Below, piece after piece: positions 40,011 through 51,870 of a DNA stretch of 64,000 bases. Source of the DNA: Nageia nagi. Taxonomy: Eukaryota; Plantae; Pinophyta. The notes below the pieces were generated by a model. The model searched no databases, had not been told where the DNA came from, and was given only the letters and a program-made list of their open reading frames with translations. The translations under genes were made by a program, and so were the position numbers. The stretch's first letter is position 1. Each line of letters begins with the position of its first letter. The stretch spans positions 86,862,001 to 86,926,000 of the forward strand of contig JBITNC010000001.1 in assembly GCA_050084985.1 (NCBI GenBank), written 5' to 3'.

Positions 40011-41424
40011 AGTCAAGCATTTCAATGGAGGAATGGCAAAAGAACATAGATTGATTTGTTACGTTATTATTTGTGATTCTTAATTAAGATGTTTACTTAG
40101 ACCTAAAACAATCCCATTGTATATTAATGGTAGGCCAAAGGTAGAATACACTTAAGGCTGGCTTAGGTGCACCACAAGGTGGCACTTGAACTATTGGTCT
40201 TGGTCCCAAAAGGTACGCTTAGACCAATATGAATATGAAAAAGTAAAATATTTCAGCAACTTCTCATCCTAGCTAGGCACTAAAATTGAACTGTTAACGA
40301 GGAAAAAGTAAATAGTCAAATAGATCAACTCCACAAAAATGACATGGAAAACTGTTTGAATAGCTTTGCCTCCACAACCTCAAATCAATCATCAATGTGA
40401 AGTAGCTAAAAACAAGGGCTTAAAAGTGAAAGTCTTTTCCAGTAATTTTGAGATTTCGCAGGTCTAAGGGAAGCATGGTCAAGGAGAGGTGCTGTAGACA
40501 ATCCAAGAGAATAAAGACAGTAGATCGCACTCCAAAGTGAGTCCTATATTTTATTCTAATAATAGAGGGATGACTTAAAGTGATGATGTTAATTTTCTAG
40601 TTTCCCACAGTGACCTTCCTAACGAAAGTCTAAAGAGGCTTTCTGAATGTTAGATTTGATGCTTTGCCTATATTTGTTTACTATTCTGATGTTCCTTAGA
40701 TTAGAGACTCTTGATTCGCTGCAATAGAGAGAAAAAAAATCTTACTTTTCCATGGTTCAATAGTTTATATATAGAATTCACATGTCTGGGCAATCAATTG
40801 TTGATAAAATATGTTTAGAGAGTAATTTCAGTCAAAGGCAGTCTAATTTCAGATCAAGCTGATGAGATTTCAAATAACTCTGTAAGGAAGCAACTACAGA
40901 ACTGCCATACGACAGAGGGAAGTTGCTGAGTCAATGACCAATTGTTGACTCAAATGAATCCTAAAGATAAAAGGAAATTTCCAATACACTAATGTGTGTC
41001 TTAAAGATATTCCCAATTCCTGGCCTGGAATACATATCAACAAACCACAACCATTAGCAGAAAATCCATCTCCAAAAAAACGCATTATAAAATTGTTTAG
41101 AATTAATCAACCTCCAGTGTAAAGTAATCATACAAACAACTACAAAAATCTTTCTGATACAATGACCTCTCAATATACAGCAAAGAACATAGCACTGCAA
41201 TATATCTATGCATGCATTGCATCCATGCAATGACTACCAAGCAAATGTTAAAACCATAGGAATACACCCATAATGATTACATCGTACCATTTGCTCCTAA
41301 TGTTTTTCGATATCCAGAAATGTGTCATGCAGGCCAATCCAATCTAATGACCTGGGTTTAAAAAAATAACATGGTTGGAAATTGAAATGTAAGTCAACAT
41401 ATAAGCAAGGGTCAATTCTCAAAC

Positions 41425-41486
41425 CTTTATCACATTTGCTAGAGAAAAATCTACTCCTCGAAGATCAGCATCAGAAAGATCAGCTC
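41425..41486 (-). CDS. TL15: TL15 exon 5
   Basis: tcag| (G)ADLSDADLRGVDFSLANVIK |gttt; 62 nt, restores phase 0 after exon 4. Confidence 0.93.
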
Positions 41487-42379
41487 CTGATACATTAAAC
41501 AAAAAACAAGATGAAAAGAAATTAATAAATACTGGTAACAGATTCAAGAAATGAATTGTGTGCAACGTAAGTTAAGAGAATAAGGAAGTCAAAATTGGAA
41601 ATTAATGAAACATTAAAAATGGGCACATGTAACAAATATTAAAATAACATTTAAAGTAATCCAGATTCCATGTTATGAAAGATGCTAGAATATGGCTTAA
41701 CAGAAGCATTGGATTTTAGGCATGATCTATTGAGCTCTTGTCACGATCTCTCACATAGTTTCAAAAATTTTCCATTTAAACATGTACTCGTGTTTAAACA
41801 CATTTTTTCCAACTTGCCATGTTGTCTCGTACTTTACAAGTTTTTGCTTTCTATGGTATTTTTGGCGTTCTTTTACCGTTTTTCCTATCATTTTGCCTTT
41901 TTTTTTTAATTTAACTCGAAGCCATTTTTTCCCGTACACATTTTTTCAAACACTGATCTCTCAACCCAATCCAGCACACTAAATTTCAACCGCTTGGTTA
42001 GTTATACATATGTGGACAGAAATCAAAGTTGATGCAGAAGCACTTACCACTCTTAGGCAATCTTGCATCACCAAAAAATTGTGTTGTCCGTTCTGTTGTG
42101 ACTAGCACAACAAGCCCCAAAATCTTGCGAATTTGGGGACCCATAGCAACTTGTCCACACAATGTCATGACCATGTCATGCCTGTCTTAAAGCTTCAAGC
42201 ACCTGGTTATCATGCCTATCATCCCGAACTTGAGTATTACAATTCACCCAGTCTTAGCCCTGTTTGACAAAGCCCAAAATTTACAAAAAAAAGACTAAGT
42301 TTGGAAGCAAGAAGTTGAGCCTAGGCAAAGTTAGAGGACCCAGCTCAAGTCTAAGCTTGAGTTGGACAAAGAGCAACCT

Positions 42380-42760
42380 CCAGCATGCCCAACGCATGTC
42401 TCCAAAAGACAAGATTTTGTCTTTCTACGACATGCCCCCAAGCCCTAGAGCCACCCTAGTCGAGATGAAGTGCAAACAAAGTAAACAAAGGCATTTTGAG
42501 GCCAAGCACATGCCTCCAAAAGATAAGTTTTTGTCTTCTTCCGAGGTGTGCTTGACCGAGAAGAGGAGCAAATCTAAGTGACCCAACAAATGGTTCAAAA
42601 AGACAAGTTTTTTGTATTTCTATGGCATGGACCAGATCAACAAGCCACCTGAGGCAAGGTTGAGATTGAACAAGTAAAACTGGAGCACTCTAGGGCCGAG
42701 TGCACCTCTCAAAAGGACAAGATTTTGTCTTTATGCGGCATGCACCTAGGGAAGAAGGCC
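42380..42760. repeat. Four degenerate repeats with palindromic core AAGACAAG.TTTTGTCTT
   Basis: Copies near 42403, 42517, 42597 and 42710; probably an LTR remnant in TL15 intron 4. Confidence 0.7.
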
Positions 42761-45080
42761 ATCCAAGTTGAACTCAAGGCGAAATTTAGCTAAGGCCTGA
42801 ACTAAATATATTTATGCATGGATCTTATGTTCTTCTCAAGGGTTGTTTATGGTAATGGTTTATACTTTTTAAAATGAAATAAATCCACTAGAAGAGAAAA
42901 ACATTATTAGGGTTTTAATTATTGAGTAAATTTTACCCTAATCTTGTGATTAAATCTTAAGGGAAAAAATATTATTTTTGTATGGTTTGAGACAAAATTT
43001 AATATTTTAAAATTTAAAAAAAATATCTGGTTTTTCAAGGTGTTTCAAAACATAGGAGAAAAATAGAAAAGATGGTTTGCTTTCTTTTCTTGTGTGCATA
43101 GAGACGCATTTTACGGAAATGGTTATTTTGATCCAAATCCTACCCTTCAGCTACATTCCATCTCACTTATGCAAAAAGATGGATAACAACTCAACCCCTC
43201 ATGGACATTGGAGAAACAAAGATGAAGACTTGAGATTTATATTTTTATTTATTGGAAAGAAGTATAATTCCAATTATACAAATGTAATTTGAATATTCAA
43301 TGTTATAAATGTACATGGTTGGTAGATGCCCATGAACATATGTAGGATTTTAGTGTTGAATTTCATGAATATTGATGTTATGAAAATGGAATTTTTTATG
43401 CTAATAATGGAAATTGTACTTTATTGTAAAAGTGATGGAATTATATTTAGTTCATGCAATGAAAAATGAATGCACATGATTAAATCTCCCTTTCCTATAA
43501 GCATCAAGCTTGGGCAAATAGTTGAGGTTGAGAAGAGATAATTTTAAAATGAACTTTAAGAGATAGTTTAATATATCTATGGGAAAATGATTTATTGAAA
43601 TCATTTTGGGGTTTGATTTTTGTTGGGTTGGATAAACCTTAGAAATTCAAGTTGAAACCTAGCAAAAAAAACAATGAAGTATGAACATGAAATTCATCTT
43701 GAGAGCATGATTGTCAAGACAAGTTATGCCACGATAATCGAGAAAATTCTCTCACTACGTTGGAATGGACCTTGAAGATTAATTTGTCATGATAAGAGGA
43801 ACGTTTGAGATGCGAGATATGCATATGATACCAATAATGAAAAGTGGTATTCGTCAAGAAGAGTTATAGACTCACGAATGACATACTTGGAACCGTTGTC
43901 TACATCAACACATTTGTAATCTTAAATCCCAAGGGGTTCACAAGTAGCTTCTAACGGATTCATAGATGATGTAATACTTAATTGGTACTGAGGGAAGAAA
44001 ATTGGTTCTCATCGCTCGAGAAAACATGGGTTGGATGTTAAAGTAGTATTTTGTCTTAAGTGTTTAAGATGGGATGTTACACATGACCATCATCCAAACC
44101 ATTATTTTTGTTCTTCTTCTTTTCTTCTTCTTCTCTTTATCATCGTTTTCATCATTATCATCGCCATCCCCCATCTCTTGCAGCCAATTTTCCTTTTTAC
44201 CAGCCCCTATGAGTTTGATATTCATTTGTCTATGGGAACTTGAAGCCCTTCAAGACTCTATAGTGATGCTAAGGGCTACTTGTCTTGACAGGCTCCATGC
44301 TACTTGACTAATGACCTATATTGTAACTTGCATCACCTATTCATTTATCACAAACATGTTTGCTTCTTCATAAAAAGGTAAAACTGTTGCTCTTCTTGAA
44401 GGCTCAACTAAATTTCCCCTTCTTTAGTTTCAATAGAAACAACAATGAGAGGTTCTTCGCCTTCGGTATCCATGAAAATATCCCCTTTCTTCTTCATTCT
44501 TCTTGACCAAAGGAGTACATTGTCACATCCATTCCACCAATTCTTCACTCATGAATGTTATTAAAATTTCTCTCTCTAGAGTTACACTTAGATAAAATAG
44601 GCTTTCAACTGGTTACAAATAGACTCTTGGTTTCAGCAAAAACAGCTGCAATAGGATTCCGTACAGTAACAGTATCTTCGCTTCAACAAGCAGATCAGAA
44701 GGAAAACACAACAGAATTTATTTTTTAGGTCTGTAAATCTGTCTTAAGCCCTCTGAGAACAGACTCTCTGGCACAACACAATTCTGCAACTCTAGTTAGG
44801 ATTTGATTTTTCCCCTGCCTCTCACCATGGGACTCGGAAGTCAGGGAGAATCCCCAAGAAATAATACATGTGTCTACCAAAAACTTGCTGACAGACAAAG
44901 AAGGATGTTTCCCACAGTTTCCTCATGTACAATCAGCCACCAACTAATTATGTCTCCCGTGTTCAGATCTATCTCCTGCCTCCAGTCTTCATCTATATCT
45001 GAAATCTTCTTCACCTCTGGTGTCTAACATCTTCACTGCCTTCTGTTTTTATCTGTGCAAATCTGTCTTTTTACTACACA

Positions 45081-45093
45081 GGCTCTGATACCA
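45081..45093 (-). promoter_or_regulatory. tRNA-Met primer-binding site of a retrotransposon remnant
   Basis: Minus strand reads ...catca t TGGTATCAGAGCC. Confidence 0.75.
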
Positions 45094-45839
45094 ATGATGG
45101 TAGAGGGGATACTGCTGCAAAATGTTTCTATTGCTTTGAAATTTACATGCGAGTTACATAACTGTAAATTGATAACTACTCAACGAACTGATAAATGTTT
45201 ACCTACCTAAGTAGCCCAACCACATTACTGTGTCGACATTACATCATTTAATATTATTTCTATTTGTTGGAATGAATTGATTGTGCTTGCTACTTTTCTT
45301 TCAAGCCCCACGTTCCATTGATTCTATAAAAAAGAGAACCATGTCCTTTGCTGACCTTTCTCGCCTTCTTGTTAAGGGTAAACAATTTCAAACTGTTACT
45401 CCTAGATTGCCAATAACTTAAGTAGATATTTGTAGGTTTGCTATTCGCAAAAGAAAATCTTCCCTCTGAAGTGAAAGAAAATTCAATTTTAATAATAAAT
45501 GCAAAGATACGACTTCTCTAAACTGCAGGCTATATCAAGACTTTATGTCAGAGATGTAGAGATAAAGCTTCCCCACACTACAAGCTATATCAAGACTTCT
45601 CATATCCTGATTATGAGCTCTTCGATTTCATTTGCAAATTGGGTTCCCATTTTCCCATATGTTTGAACTATTTCTCTGCCTCTTAAACAATGCATTTATG
45701 ATAAAAAGACACGAAACAGTCAAATGTCCATCATCAACAATCCTCACACCCATGTATGTAGAAGCACCGACATAGCATAAATGCAAACAATGGCCATGAT
45801 AATCCAACCAAAAAAGTATACATTGGTCCAATAAAATAC

Positions 45840-45912
45840 CTGTTAGATCTGCATCAAAAAAGCTAGCCCCTAGCAATTTTGCACCCTTGAATTTGGCTTG
45901 CCGCAGGATTGA
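45840..45912 (-). CDS. TL15: TL15 exon 4
   Basis: tgcag| SILRQAKFKGAKLLGASFFDADLT-G |gtat; 73 nt, ends in phase 1; pentapeptide repeats. Confidence 0.95.
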
Positions 45913-46066
45913 CTGCATAAAAAGAACGTAAGAAAATCAGCATTTTTATTTATTGCAAGCCAAATCTGCTCGGACTAAATTAAATCACATATTGCTCCAA
46001 AGTGTGTAAACCCATAAGTCTAAATCGATACTCAAAAGTATACTCAAACTTCAACTTTACGCATAC

Positions 46067-46162
46067 TGCTTTGAAGTCTTGCTTAATCATAGTCTTCCCA
46101 CTAAAATCCTTTCCCGATAGGTCTGCCCCTCGAGTGACCTCTGCACCATAAGGTCCACCTCC
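46067..46162 (-). CDS. TL15: TL15 exon 3
   Basis: aag| GGGPYGAEVTRGADLSGKDFSGKTMIKQDFKA |gtatgc; 96 nt; matches the mature N-terminus of At2g44920-type TL15. Confidence 0.95.
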
Positions 46163-46404
46163 CTTGCTTCAACAATTCACTCGTCAGTATGGACAAGTTA
46201 GGGAGTCTGGAAATGCAGATATGTTTCCTTTCTTAAATCAGAAAGAACGAATCACAAGACTTTAACCCAATTTTTGACTCAAGAAAAGAAATGCACTTAG
46301 TCAATCAATCACAACTGCTCAAAGCATTGAAAAATAAAATACTAAAAAGAGTTAAGAATACCCACAATCAATGAATAAAAAATAGATAGACAATGTCTTA
46401 TGGC

Positions 46405-46738
46405 TACAAATGGGTTTCTAGGCCTACCCATTAATGTTTTCTGTGTTTTGGGAACACGTAAGCCCCAGGGCTAATTCGTTAATCAACTTTATCAGGACAC
46501 TTGACCTCATAGCTTCGTTGTGGAGAAATTCTTCAGCAGAGGGCGCGGATAGGTTAACTGAATGAACCGTTTACAAATGGATTTCTAAACCTACCCATTG
46601 AAGTTTCCTATGTTTTGGGAGCAGATAAGGCCCAGGGCTAATTCGCTAACCAACTTTATCAGGACACCTGAATTCATAGCTTGGTTGCAGAGAAATTCTC
46701 CAGCAGAGGGTGCATATGTTAACTACCTGAACCATTTA
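46405..46738. repeat. Diverged 167-bp tandem duplication in TL15 intron 2
   Basis: tacaaatgg.tttcta..cctacccatt at 46405 and 46572; cccagggctaattcg and caactttatcaggacac conserved. Confidence 0.9.
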
Positions 46739-46911
46739 CCACTAATTGAGGTGAATTGCGTGTTTGTATTTACCAAGCCCACCGGCCCTTGCAGCAAGCT
46801 TTAAAATAGCCAATTAGGAAGACAGGCCTGGTCTTAGCTTGAAATTTCACAACTCCATATAGGTAAAACTACTGCGAAAGCTCAAATGGGTAAAAAACAT
46901 GACAAGCATAC

Positions 46912-47037
46912 CTTGAATGCCAATGCAGGGTCCACAAAGCAGAGGGCCGCAGCCACAACTACAGCAAGGCTTGAACGACCCACAAATTCCACTATTCCAC
47001 TGCTCCATTGACTACAGCCGTCTGCATTATAAAATAT
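46912..47037 (-). CDS. TL15: TL15 exon 2 (lumen signal peptide)
   Basis: ggcag| IFYNADG...SLAVVVAAALCFVDPALAFK |gtatgc; 126 nt, phase 0; hydrophobic stretch and A-x-A cleavage site. Acceptor chosen because it keeps the frame. Confidence 0.85.
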
Positions 47038-47123
47038 CTGCCAATGCCCAAAATATTGTTAAACTAGAAGAGTGTCACAACAGAGATTTTTGACAAAAAG
47101 AGAGAGCAACTCCTCCTCATTAC

Positions 47124-47261
47124 CTTGTGATGTGTAGTTGAAGTTGGTGTGAAGATTGATTTGGAATAAGTGGTTTTGGAGAGCAAACAATTTGGTTTTG
47201 GGGATAGGTGGGAAGGAGGAGAAGCAGTGCAACGCACAAATACAGCAACACCAGTAGCCAT
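47124..47261 (-). CDS. TL15: TL15 thylakoid lumenal 15 kDa pentapeptide-repeat protein, exon 1 (transit peptide)
   Basis: ATG at 47261; 46 codons MATGVAVFVRCTASPP...THHK, Ser/Thr-rich; GT donor (AAG|gtaatg); in phase with exon 2. Confidence 0.8.
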
Positions 47262-50200
47262 GCCTAATCCCTAATGCCCTCCTACCACTGCTACTTGGAC
47301 ATATATCCACTCATACGTGGGATTTGGCAGTAAGTAGATAGGGGTCATATCATCAGTGTGACTGGATAAACTTGACACCCCGGCAAAAGATTTGGGAAGG
47401 TTCTTGGACTATAATTTTAGGTCTATGAAGGGTACAAACATTACTTTTCACCAACATTTTTGGGAGTAAGCATCTATGATGAATATTGACTTCTGTTAAT
47501 ACCTTGAACATACAATGAAATTAAGCAAATAGCATATAACATTCACGGATTCAAATGGTAAAGTGAGCAATTGTAAATATTTGTATTTTACCTAAGAAAT
47601 GTGTCAAAAATTTAGATGAGGATGTTAAAATAAAATATTTAAGAATAAGGAGTGATGTAATTTAATATATTGAAAAGTGTATTTTTACTTATAAGGTTTG
47701 ATAAGTAATGAATTGATTATTAGATTTTGAAAGACATTAAAATACGAAAAAAGTAATGTTTAAAATTAAAAAAGAAGAAATTTAGGTTTAATTGAATTTT
47801 TTTTATGAGAAATCATCTTTTGTAAGAAATTTTCTTAGGTTAAGTTGTTACGATTCAGAGGTATTTATACCGTCAAATTTATTAGAGGTATCATCCCTGC
47901 CTTATCTACATCTACCATCATCTAACAGGATTTGCAATTATATTTGCTTGTTAGAGGGGATGAGATTTGAATTTAGATCCCCACATTTTAATGAAGAGTT
48001 TTAATTACCCTACCCACCAACTCATCCAAAAATTCATGTAATTAAACTCTTGTTTTACCATGAAAATGCATAAAATGAAGATTCAATGGCCATTTTAACC
48101 ATACAGTATATTTTTACAAATACATGAAGACATATCAAGGTAATAAAAATGTATTGTATATGATTGTATTTCTTGTAGTACTATGCTCTTGTATATTTTA
48201 TAATTCTAACAATTTGGTTTTCTATATAAAAAGTATGAGTAGTCCTTGATACGATAATTTATTGATAGTAACATTGAAGAGTATGACATGATAATTTTTG
48301 CAATTTGTTATAGAAGCAATGTTCTTCATTGATTAGAGGTAATTTTTTTTAAATAATTCATTTGTTTATTTTTGTTTTGTCAAGCTCGTATATTCCAACT
48401 TGTATGAGTACAGTAAAATAAAATTATTAAATTATAAAAAAAATTAAGTTTTGAACTAATAATAAAATATTGTATGTTATGTATTCATAAATATGTGACA
48501 ATATTTTATATATATGATATGGAGGATGATGGAGATCTTTTTGCATAGAATGGATTAACTAAGACTCCTAACAAGTGGCATGGAAAGAAGAGCTTATATG
48601 TTATGGGGATGTCCATAAAATAGTTGCTTAGATCTTCAATGAATGCTTATGTTAGAAATAATAATACATTAGGAGAATAAATAAATGTTAAGTATTTAGA
48701 ATACTTAAGTTAGCACTAATTAATATATTAAGAGTAGTTAAATATTTATTTAGTAAATAACTAAAGTGGGAACCCTAACTCTCATTCATCCAATGTGTTT
48801 ACGCTATATTTTCATTTATGCAAATCATTATGTTTGATCGCTCAATTTTGATATGGTATCAAAACGGGTTTGATGAGAAGTTTTTCTTACTACCATAAGC
48901 TTGAGAAAAAATAGTATTACCTTAAAGATCCTTTTTTTCTTTCTATGAATCTACCATTAAGATGATTGGAGAAATAAAACTAAGGAGAAGAAGTATAGAC
49001 GCTTAAAAATAAATTCTTATTTATTAAATTATTCATTTTTATAGTATCAATGGATATTATTGTAAAAAAGGTTAAAATACATCCAATGCAATGTAATTAA
49101 TGTAAAAGGACCACTAAATGATGTAAGTGGTGTAAAATACCAAGAATAGCACCACAAGCTATGAAATATATGAAGATCTCAAGAAAAGAAAATATCAAAA
49201 TGCTACTATAAAAGAATATCAAAAGGAAAGGACTATTTATCGGATAATCGAATATCAGATAGGTTGACACATGCACATAATATTAGCTAAACAATAATAG
49301 TATTTTGTAACACCACATATTTGAGGATCTATTGTCTACTCTTCATTATGCTTTATGTTCTTTAATTTTGATATTTAATACAACATCTTTCATAGTGTTG
49401 AAATCATGTGTAAGCTTAGATCATCAAGTCCACATTGTGGTTTTGAGATCCGCACTAGCCATATTTGAGCAAAGAGTTTTATCTGCGACCTAAGGATATA
49501 AATATGATGAAAGGTAGTATTTTGTTATTTACGAATATAGATATATTATTATATATGCTTCAGTCATTACATTGTAGAGAAATAGTGCTTTGTTATATTG
49601 TATTACTATTATTTTTTGTGAACCCATTGTTTCAAGCAATCTTGCCCTCCTGGCTAAGATCTTGCATAATTCTATAATAGATTATACTTCGTCGATGTTA
49701 TGATCTACCTATTTATAAGGCTTTGACATCATGAGTATGGATGAGAATTAATTCAAACAAGTGATCCAATTATTGACACAAGCTCTTCAAAATAATAACA
49801 ATTGAAATACATCATAAGCTTCTACAAGTAATAATCAGCCTTCATTTGATTGTTGCCCTAGCTACAAAAGTATCAAAAATTGAGAACGATCAGATATCTC
49901 AACAAATGCAAGAAGACTATGATGGTATTTTCATTTCATGTTAATGTTATGTTGTTAGATAATATTTTGACAATTTCATGGGTGTGCTAAACAACATTCA
50001 CTCCTTTATTAATAACTGTTAGAATTATAATGTTGTTTAGGACATTGTGTAATTAATATGCTTAGCATATTAATAATCACCTAAATTTGGTTATTAGGTG
50101 ATAATGAGGTTCATGCATGGTGGGTGGAATAATATTCTCCACCAAACTTAAAATAATATTGTTAGGTGGAATAGTGTCTCCACTAACAATTAAATGTAAT

Positions 50201-51387
50201 TCTATATTATAACTTAGGGTTAACTAACCTATTATGGTTAGGTTAGTTAACTACCTAAGGTTAGTTTTAAATCCTATAAAAAGAGCTCATTTTGTAAAGA
50301 TTGGTAAGAAGATGAAAATAGGAAGTTGTTAATATAGATTTTAGTTAGTAAGGTCTTAAGCATGCAAGCTATGCTTCATGCTAAGGAGAGTCATGGTTGA
50401 GATTCATATGAATGTATGTTGTTTGAGAGTATAGTAAAAAGGAAACCTAAAGTGGAATGCTCCATGTGATGGAGGAACCACTATGCATCTTTTGTTACTA
50501 TGTGAGAATGCTTCTTGAGTTCTTAGTTTATAATGATTAATTGTTATATTTGATGAAGGTCTTACAAGTGTTCTTGGGTTATGGAATCCTTCAATTTCAT
50601 CAAATGGTATCAAATCCACCTTGTGGGATCTCTTCCAAACTTCAACTTGGAAATTTGAGGTAACTCACCTCAAATTAAGGTATATCTATACTCTTATCTT
50701 GTTTCAAGTTTTATTTGAAACTTAAATATTTAATCCATTTCAATTACTAATTATGAAGTTGAATTGAGATATTTCTACTAACATGTTGTATTTTGAGGTT
50801 ATTGAGCTCCAATTTACCTTAATTACATGTTAGTAGAATGATTATTTTTACCTATCTCTAATACTTGAGAGTTACAAGGGTCTCTCCTAACATATTGGCT
50901 ACATTAATTTTGCCAATTTCTTCATTAATTTATCCATGCACTAATATTGTTCTATTTTACAAACAATTTAGATACACTAGTTTTATCTAAATTTATCTTA
51001 CAATATTGTCTAAGGTTGTATTGTTTACACCTTACAATTGCATATCTTGTAGCAATATTAGATATCTAACATTTTGATAGTTCCATTGCATAATATTGAT
51101 CTAATTTTTAAGGTTAGAATTGTAACCTTCAATGTGATTAAATGATTTTTGCTATATTCTTTGCTTAACCATATTATAGCAATATGATTTGCAATTTACT
51201 TAACAATATTGCATTTTGTGCTTACTAAAGCCAACAACAAAACTATCAAAACAAAAAAAAAACAACACAAAGGGGGTCCATATTGCGTGTAGCACTTCCT
51301 GGCTTGACCCCTATGCTGGTGCTCCCCAACCACCCCTCTGATGGCACTTCCTTCCATCTATGTCATCCGCCATGCACAACACCATCA

Positions 51388-51870
51388 ATCCAACCATCTT
51401 TGCATTTAAGAAGCAACAAGTAACTACAATGTTTGCTTGACTTGCAAACTCTAGAAGGCACTCATTACCACCTTTTGCATCGATGAGGCCATCATTAATG
51501 GATATTTTATCCATACTCTCCATTTCAAAAGTGGTTATTTCATCTAATTTGTTTGAATTAGTAGCATACTTTGATCCTTAGTTTATTCTAATGGCAAGAA
51601 TTTTAACATTGAAGGGTCTCAAATGAACTACAATGTCCTTTCCAATATTTCCATATCCAAGAATCAAAACCATTTTTTCGTAAAGTGTTTCTCTAGTAGG
51701 CTCTCTTAAACTTCTTTCTTTAAAAGCTTTATCCATGCCTTTTTAATCTCGAAGAAAACCAAGAATCAAATATATAACATGTTCTACACATGGCAGTGAA
51801 TTTCCAATACCATTGCTAGAAATCCTTGCCACTTTCATTCCAAACTTTGTGGTAGCATCAATATCTACGA
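51388..51870 (-). pseudogene. Intronless D-isomer 2-hydroxyacid dehydrogenase fragment (At1g72190-like)
   Basis: VDIDATTKFGMKVARISSNGIGNSLPCVEHVIYLILG...ETLYEKMVLILGYGNIGKDI...KGGNECLLEFASQANIVVTCC; Rossmann GxGxxG motif; in-frame stops. Confidence 0.88.

Noticed and set aside
45628-45918. 96-aa ORF as a stand-alone gene
   Set aside because: It is TL15 exon 4 read through into the intron.
47300-47325. TATA-like and CCACGT box upstream of TL15
   Set aside because: Short motifs with no transcription-start evidence; spacing to the ATG is uncertain.
48516-48866. Possible LTR with PBS-like tggtatcaaaac
   Set aside because: No partner LTR, TSD or clear CA terminus next to the motif.
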